64,000 bases of DNA, from NCBI GenBank assembly GCA_040285855.1, contig JAUFOQ010000003.1:2046001-2110000 (forward strand), given 5' to 3'. Both the position numbers and the translations under genes were made by a program. Of the stretch, positions 57,792 to 64,000 are shown piece by piece. Numbering within the stretch: position 1 is the stretch's first letter; every line of letters starts with the position of its first letter. Under the pieces are notes generated by a model, which had not been told where the DNA came from, ran no database searches, and saw only the letters and a program-made list of their open reading frames with translations. This DNA comes from Eukaryota sp. GEM-RC1. Its lineage: Eukaryota.

Positions 57792-58844
57792 ATGACAATC
57801 AACGTATCTGGTTGGGCCGCCTTCGAACCAAAAGGACCTTTGAAGAAGTACAACTATGAGCTCCCTTCAACTCCAGAAGAGTTGGGTCCATTTGGAGTAC
57901 TACTCGAAGTCTTGTCCTGTTCCTTGTGTCATTCAGACCTACACATGATTGATAATGATTGGGACATAACCAAATATCCGATTGTTCCTGGACATGAAGT
58001 ATGTTATGACACTTGCTCACTCTAGATTGTCGGCAAGATTGTCTGCAAAGGTGCAAAAGTTGCATTGAATGTGCATGACGTTGTTGGAGTTGGATGGCTT
58101 GCATCTTCTTGTGGTTCATGTGATGCTTGCACTTTGGGCATGGAACCTCAGTGTCCTAAAGCACATCCTACAATTCTTAATCCCCATTTCGGAGGAATAT
58201 CCAGTCATGTTTTTGTAGAGGAAAAGTTCGCTTACAACCTCAATTTTGAAGACCCAACAAGAGTTGCTCCTCTATTGTGTGCTGGAGCAACGGTTTGGAC
58301 ACCACTCTCCATGCATCTTACCCCTGGTCTCAACGTGGGTGTAATTGGGCTGGGTGGGCTCGGAGCATCTGCGATTCAGCTAGCAGATTCTCTTGGTCAT
58401 TCTGTATTTTGTCTCACGAGAGGTTCTGCAAAGAAGAAGGATGCTCTACTGTTGGGAGCAGATGATGCCATTGATATGACTTCCGATAACGAAGTTGTTG
58501 GTATCGTCAACTCTCTCGACCTTATTCTCAACACATCGAGTGCACCTTTGGATTATGACAAATACATGAGCTGTCTGGCTCCTGGAGGTAAGTTTATTTT
58601 ACTTGGACTTCCTGGAGAAGAATCTAAAATTACTATAGACAGCAGGTCCATGGTGTTCAAGAGCACCTCCATCTCTGGTTCTTTAATAGCTGGAAGTCGT
58701 CACATGAAGGAACTGCTCCGCTTTGCTGCAATCAACCACATCGAACCGATGGTGGAAATGATGCAGTTTAGTCAGATTAATGAAGCTCTTTCAAGATTAA
58801 AGGAAGGTAACGTCAGATATCGTATAGTGCTTACTCCCGATTAG
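57792..58844 (+). CDS. Zn-dependent NADPH alcohol/aldehyde reductase (cinnamyl-ADH-like MDR); exons 57792-57998 and 58026-58844
   Basis: CHSD, GHE/IVG after splicing, CGSCDAC...C, LLCAG, GLGGLG, VRYRIVL. Confidence 0.92.
57999..58025 (+). other. Spliceosomal intron, 27 nt (in-frame TAG at acceptor)
   Basis: GTATGT...CTCACTCTAG; removal gives PGHEIVGK. Confidence 0.92.
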
Positions 58845-58989
58845 ACTTCATCCTTAGATTATAAATATTTGTCATGGAGTTTTGAAAGGCTTCAAATTTT
58901 CAAATTTTCATCATTTGGTTAATTGTCCTAGGTTTATTTATTCTCGGTCCATTTTGCATAACAGTTTACGTTAACGTGTTTCTTACAAG

Positions 58990-60310
58990 ATTCTTCAATG
59001 GAAGTATTCAAATCTAATGGTTTTCATGGAAAAATACAACCTATTCTTACTCATCTTTCTGAACAGTGTTGTCAAAGACACGTGTTGACAAGTGTGCTAA
59101 CAACATTTTGGTCTTTTCATTCCTCGCTTTTCTACCCTTCTTGTAATAAACAAGCTTAGTCAAGCATCAACAGCCATTAGGTTCTCAAAAAGCGCGGTGA
59201 TTTCATTGTCCCATAGTTATCTTGCCAAGAAGTTGTTGTGGATTACCACCATTGAACCATGTAAGTCTTGGACTATTGGTAATAGTTTGAATCCTTTGTT
59301 TGACCCTTTGAAAATGTTAAAACTTTTAAATATGATGAAGAAATAACCTCTCTTAATTCAAAAAGGCACAAAGTTGTATTCCAACCATTTGTTATTTCTA
59401 AATATGGGAGATTTGGTTCTCATATCAAGGGTTTTTGAAATAATTTTGAACAACTGTGTCTAGATTTTGGGAAGAAATTGAACAAATCGTTTTGGCGGAA
59501 TAGACTTGCGTTTTCGTTATTCACGTCGATGTACCGCTATGTTGACGGTATGGTGGCCACGTTATATGGGAATATACTACTCAGTACATTTGGTGCAGCT
59601 TTTGTAGTACTTGTATTTAGTTTGTGTTATTGTTATTGTTTTAGATATGGATTGACCATAAAAACCCATTTATTTTAGTTAACTGTCATCAATTCATTCA
59701 TTTGATGTTGCTAAACTCAATCAAAAATTATATTCAAAATTTGTATTTATTCCATTTGATATTTCCATTTTTGGTAGTATTGGGGAAACGGCTTATCAGT
59801 TTTTAACTGATTTTTGGATCTGTGTGTAAGTCTCAGAATAAGAGATTTAATTTATCAATTTAGCATAACCGTTTGATTTTTTCTTTGTTCCGTTCGATGC
59901 CTATGTTTTTTAAATCAATTTTCACACAGCTGTAAGACTGAGGTACTGTTGACCAAGAATTTTCTGTGTTTAGAGTTTCATAGCTTCTATTATGATATGT
60001 ATTTTTGTACCCATCAATAAACTGTTTCATTTAATCATTTTAGTTCGCTTATTCACAATAGTATCCAAGATACCGGTTTTGATATGTTTAAAGCAAATGG
60101 TTTTCATGGAAAAATTGAATCTCTACTTCATAATCTTTCTGATCAGCCAAAAGTAAAATAGAAGTCGTGGTGATTTGATTGGTTCTTGCTTTCCTTGTAT
60201 GAAAATTATCATGGAATTCACAACTGTTGATCCATGTAATTCGAGATCAATTTCCAAAAATTTTGATCATAATTTGGCAGCTCTTGAAGGGGTTGAAAAG
60301 AAAAAAAATA
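58990..60310 (+). mobile_element. Cluster of three degenerate RLE retrotransposon fragments (~58990-59650, ~59690-59990, ~60050-60310)
   Basis: FKSNGFHGKI...KRGDFIVP...FQPFVISKYGRFG...FWRNRLAFSLF; FVFIPFDISIFGSIG; second FKANGFHGKI...RGDLI copy. Confidence 0.7.
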
Positions 60311-60883
60311 AAGGAAAACCATTTCACGGGTAAATTGCACCATTTTTGAGAACTTTGATTCACTTCATCTAGATTTGGCATTTATTGGATGCAAAGTTGT
60401 TTCACATTTTCGAAAATGGGGTAAACCGTATGGGAAGTCTTTTAATGACTGTAGTACTTTATATTCGAACAACTGACGTACATGTAACAACTAAACGCTC
60501 TAATAATCAATATCCTCAAAGTCCAAATTTCCTACTTGTAAGTCGTAAGACATGCAATTGTCTGTTTTCCAAATTAAAACAATGATTAGCTATTTAGATT
60601 TCATTCCAAAATATCCCCTTGGATGAAGATAAAAAGATGTAGAGTTTTTAGTAATTGCGTTGGAATGACTTATAGAAGGCTGGTTTTAACAATTAAATGA
60701 ATCCAAATAATGTATCATTATTGATTGATGTTGAACACCTATTTGTGTACATTTATATTACCAATGTGTAAAAATATGTGTGTTCATCGAGGCATACGTC
60801 ACAGTTTGAACTTTCAGGATAGATAGTATGTATTAGTAGTATTTGCAACAAATGTTTAGAACAAACTTTACTTTTGCATTATA

Positions 60884-60931
60884 CAGTCTACCCTCCCAGC
60901 ATGACCAGGTGTCTATTGGGAGGGTAGACTG
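60884..60931. mobile_element. 48-bp hairpin, probable Tc1/pogo-like micro-MITE
   Basis: Perfect 15-bp inverted repeat CAGTCTACCCTCCCA with an 18-nt spacer. TA on the left flank, CA on the right. Confidence 0.55.
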
Positions 60932-61069
60932 CAACTGTACTCCTGTCAGTTTTAGAAGCACACGTTTTGTAAAATCACTCGAAGTCTATGAGTATGATAC
61001 TTTTATTGAAAAGCACTACTAGTAGTAGTACGTTTAGTAGAAATGTTGGTTGACATTTTCTCTTTTCTT

Positions 61070-61659
61070 ATGACAACCTTTGAAGCAGTATTCAATCAAC
61101 TTGACCAACTATCAGTGGATGCTGATCTATGTCACTCAACAACAGATTCTCTGGACCACATCTTATCCTCAACCCACCATCCAATTATGGTTCCTTTTGG
61201 TAATAAAGCATTTTTCAAAGGTGAACTTCAGAATACCAATTGTTTCAAAGTTCATCTCGGAAGTGGTATCTATGTTGATAAAACCAACAAAGAAACCGCT
61301 GAATATCTTAATCGAAAAGAGCATAGTATGGTCTTCGTTACTTGACCCAAGGAATCAGAAATCAAATGAAGTTTATTGAGAAATCAATAAGAGCCGAATG
61401 TAGACAGGTCGACAGATCTGCTTCACAGGAAAGTCTTCCAGCTCAAGACCATACCATCACTAAAACACCGGAAGGGTATTACGAAATTCGTGAACCCTGT
61501 GATACAGTTCCAAAATCCACAGCTGAATCAAAGAAAGCAGTTTCAGATTCTGGAGCAGTTAAAGCGTCTATAATGGAACATCCATCAAAGAAGCCAGAAA
61601 AACAAACTGAATCTCGGCCAATGTCTAAGTTCAAGAAGATGCGAGCTCAGGCTCCATGA
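61070..61659 (+). CDS. URI/Bud27-like alpha-prefoldin protein; exons 61070-61325 and 61352-61659
   Basis: IMVPFGNKAFFKGELQNTN...VHLGSG.YV alpha-prefoldin, GYYEIRE, and C-terminal MSKFKKMR URI-type motif. Alternative start at 61043. Confidence 0.8.
61326..61351 (+). other. Spliceosomal intron, 26 nt, AAG acceptor
   Basis: GTATGG...TTGACCCAAG; removal joins the two ORFs in frame (EH-R-IRNQ). Confidence 0.8.
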
Positions 61660-61698
61660 ATGTTTTATTACATATACAGCCAATAGTAAAAACAGTAG

Positions 61699-61908
61699 TC
61701 ATTTTTTTTGAAGAAGGAGGTTCTGTAGCACCTGTTTGTTTGGCTTGTGCTTTTGCTGCTTTTCTCGCATTATCTGAGCCTGCATTTCTCGGTAGTTTGA
61801 TAATGATACACCTCCACGGTCTTCTTTAGCTTGTTTACTTTTCGGTGCTTTGTCTGCACGCTTTTGACTCTTCACTCGGTCTCTTTCTCGGGTGTTGCCT
61901 CTTGTCAT
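61699..61908 (-). CDS. SERF / 4F5 family small protein
   Basis: MTRGNTRERDR.K..K...AQIMREKQ. The C-terminus may contain an indel. Confidence 0.85.
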   Translation of the reverse strand: MTRGNTRERDRVKSQKRADKAPKSKQAKEDRGGVSLSNYREMQAQIMREKQQKHKPNKQVLQNLLLQKK

Positions 61909-61948
61909 CTGTTGGAAACAAAAAATAATTCGATTTCCTTTTTGCTCC

Positions 61949-62284
61949 ATGGTCATGACCGGAATTGCCTCTTTTCACCCTCCCTCTTCCAAAAACGATT
62001 TCTTTGTCACTTCCAATACAAACATCAAGGGTGCATTGCGGCGCTGCATTTCTCTCTTTGATAAAGGCTTCACTTCCGTAAAAATTCATGGACTTGGACT
62101 TTCGGTTTTCAAGGCAGTGGAAATCGCCAATCAAGTCAAACACACATACCATCTTCCAATAAAGATTGATTTTTCAACACATTCACTAGAAGTTTTCGAT
62201 GAACAACAAGTAAGTGTTGACACTCTTCCTGTCGTTTCATCCAAACAACGTTCTGGGGTAAAACTCGTACTCTCCACTAAGTGA
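61949..62284 (+). CDS. POP7: RNase P/MRP subunit Rpp20/Pop7 (Alba fold)
   Basis: NDFFVTSNTNIKGALRRC..L....VKIHGLG....KAV.IA...ST.S....D...R.SGV. Start at 61949 or 61955. Confidence 0.75.
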   Translation: MVMTGIASFHPPSSKNDFFVTSNTNIKGALRRCISLFDKGFTSVKIHGLGLSVFKAVEIANQVKHTYHLPIKIDFSTHSLEVFDEQQVSVDTLPVVSSKQRSGVKLVLSTK

Positions 62285-62696
62285 TTACTGTTCCTGGGGA
62301 GTAGTTGTCTTCTTTTCCCTCAGTCTTCTTTGGTTGAGGAGCCTCTTTTGTTTGGTTTTTCTAGTAGTTTCTTTAGGTGTTTTGTTTCATATCCTTATTC
62401 CGTTAGTAGTACTCACTGCTCTCAATTTCTTACAGGTCCTTCATTTGACTCTATAAGTGACTAATTCGTCTATCAAAAGTTCAATTTATTGTCATAAGGA
62501 TTATAAAAATATCACATACAATATAAACGTACATGTATCTGGATCATCATCTTTGTAAGTTCGTGTTCATCAAACAAAGATTAAGATACAGCTTTGAGCT
62601 AGACATTTGGCCTGACATAACTTGTCAATGTAGATGTAGACACAGACAATAACAGAGACAACGTCAAAAATCGATTAAGATCAACTTTTTCTCACC

Positions 62697-63959
62697 ATGG
62701 ATTCTCGCCCTCCTCATCAGTCTCAACGAGCCCCCCAGCGTTCTCGCTTCAACAACATCCCTTCTGACCTTGTCCAACCCAAGAAGCCCAGTAGGGCATC
62801 CTATGATAAGGATGTCAAGCAAGTCGAAGAAGAGCTTCAACCTCAGTTCGACAGACTAAATGAGATCATTGAGATGTTAAAAACACCCCTCAGTACTCCT
62901 GAACTTGATGAACTAATGAACGAACAACGAACCCTTCGTACACAACTAAGAGAAATGAAAGACAGTATCAATGTTGACAAAGAAACTTTTGGTGACGAAA
63001 AACGTGCTCTTATTGAAAGAAAGAAAGCTCTAACTGAACAACTCCGCGGCTACCCCCACAAGGACGTTGAGTCTGTGACTAGAGCCCTCCAACAATCCGA
63101 GTACGAACTAGCCACCGCCGCTCTCACCTCCGACGATAGAAAACGACTGATGAGAGAGATTGACCAACTGAAAATAGCTAAACGTCATGTACCTGAGCTT
63201 GCCGCTGAGTTGGAAGCTGTGAATGCTCAACTTGATGTCGTTTCCAAACAATTGGATGCACTAAAACCTAAAAAGACTGTCCAAGAGGATGTTTGGCAGC
63301 AACTCAAGGCTGTTAGTGATAAGATTGATACTCTTCGTCAAGAGCAAAAGGACAAATCTACTGTGATCACAGAGCTCAAAACTGAACGTGATCAGATCCG
63401 TGCCCAAATCGCTGAGTTAAAGGCCAAAAAACAGCAATTGTTTGAATCCTGGAAGGAGCAGAACAATGAGTTTAAAAAGGAAAATGACGAGTATCAACGA
63501 TTACGCAAGATAGAGGTTGCTCAGTTCGAAAAGGAACGTAAAAAGGAAGCCTACCTTCGTGATGCCAAGAGATTAGCTGAAGAACCCCCATTCTACGAGG
63601 AACTGATGGTTTGTGATACCCTTCTGTCTTATCTAAATGAATTGAAAGGAGGTTTAGCTCCCCCAACTGGTGATCAGACTGGATCTAAGTCAAAGAAAAA
63701 GGGTAAGAAGTCTAAGAAGCTTAGCATTGATTTTGAGTCGTTGAGTTTGTTTTCTCAATTGAAAGTAGCTCCTCCTCTTTCTTTTGATGCTGTTGACACG
63801 TGTCTTGCTGATGTTGAACGTATTAAGTCTGAGTTGAGCTCCAAGATTGAAGTTGTAAAGACTGAGCGTATGGCTAAGTACCAGGAATTATTGAAGAAAT
63901 TTGAAGAGGAACAGCAAGTAGCAGCACCAGTAGAAACCCCTAGTGAAGTTACTGCGTAG
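62697..63959 (+). CDS. Bfr1 / proton-pump-interactor-like coiled-coil RNA-associated protein
   Basis: 420 aa coiled coil with PFYEELMVCDTLLSYL, KKKGKK and L.LF..LKV.PP motifs. Confidence 0.65.
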   Translation: MDSRPPHQSQRAPQRSRFNNIPSDLVQPKKPSRASYDKDVKQVEEELQPQFDRLNEIIEMLKTPLSTPELDELMNEQRTLRTQLREMKDSINVDKETFGDEKRALIERKKALTEQLRGYPHKDVESVTRALQQSEYELATAALTSDDRKRLMREIDQLKIAKRHVPELAAELEAVNAQLDVVSKQLDALKPKKTVQEDVWQQLKAVSDKIDTLRQEQKDKSTVITELKTERDQIRAQIAELKAKKQQLFESWKEQNNEFKKENDEYQRLRKIEVAQFEKERKKEAYLRDAKRLAEEPPFYEELMVCDTLLSYLNELKGGLAPPTGDQTGSKSKKKGKKSKKLSIDFESLSLFSQLKVAPPLSFDAVDTCLADVERIKSELSSKIEVVKTERMAKYQELLKKFEEEQQVAAPVETPSEVTA

Positions 63960-64000
63960 ATTTATAAAGATTTTTCCTAGTCTTTTTTTACACGAAAAAC

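Noticed and set aside
1..64000. Alternative genetic code (stop reassignment)
   Set aside because: Conserved genes end at expected positions with TAA (ARPC4, XOR), TAG (DRG1, Zn-ADH) and TGA (POP7). In-frame stops are confined to relics and introns.

Overview
AT-rich eukaryotic (protist) nuclear DNA using the standard genetic code. About 24 protein-coding genes, several in tight head-to-head pairs, are separated by spacers full of transposon debris. Tiny 26-34 nt GT-AG introns with a fused branch-point/acceptor, plus bacterial-type alcohol dehydrogenases, suggest an anaerobic flagellate, possibly a metamonad (inference only). Recognisable genes: ZFAND1-like, EFG1, DP transcription factor, UTP7/WDR46, a START protein, Fe-ADH, a degenerate DEAD-box protein, ARPC4, a xanthine oxidoreductase-family enzyme, DRG1, Zn-ADH, URI/Bud27-like, SERF, POP7/Rpp20 and Bfr1-like. 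A ~4,070 aa vWA/beta-repeat/Cys-rich multipass surface protein is also present. Many genes carry single-base indels in homopolymers, most likely long-read consensus errors. Main highlights: (1) the xanthine oxidoreductase has lost all four Cys ligands of its N-terminal 2Fe-2S cluster and has an altered substrate pocket; (2) a tandem locus where an FG-nucleoporin repeat array or tail is fused to BTB/POZ genes, with a complementary reticulon-coiled coil-SPRY fusion elsewhere; (3) a fixed-spacing intron rule seen in six introns; (4) nested and minimal DNA transposons with intact target-site duplications (TSDs), and probable Tc1/mariner excision footprints throughout the spacers.
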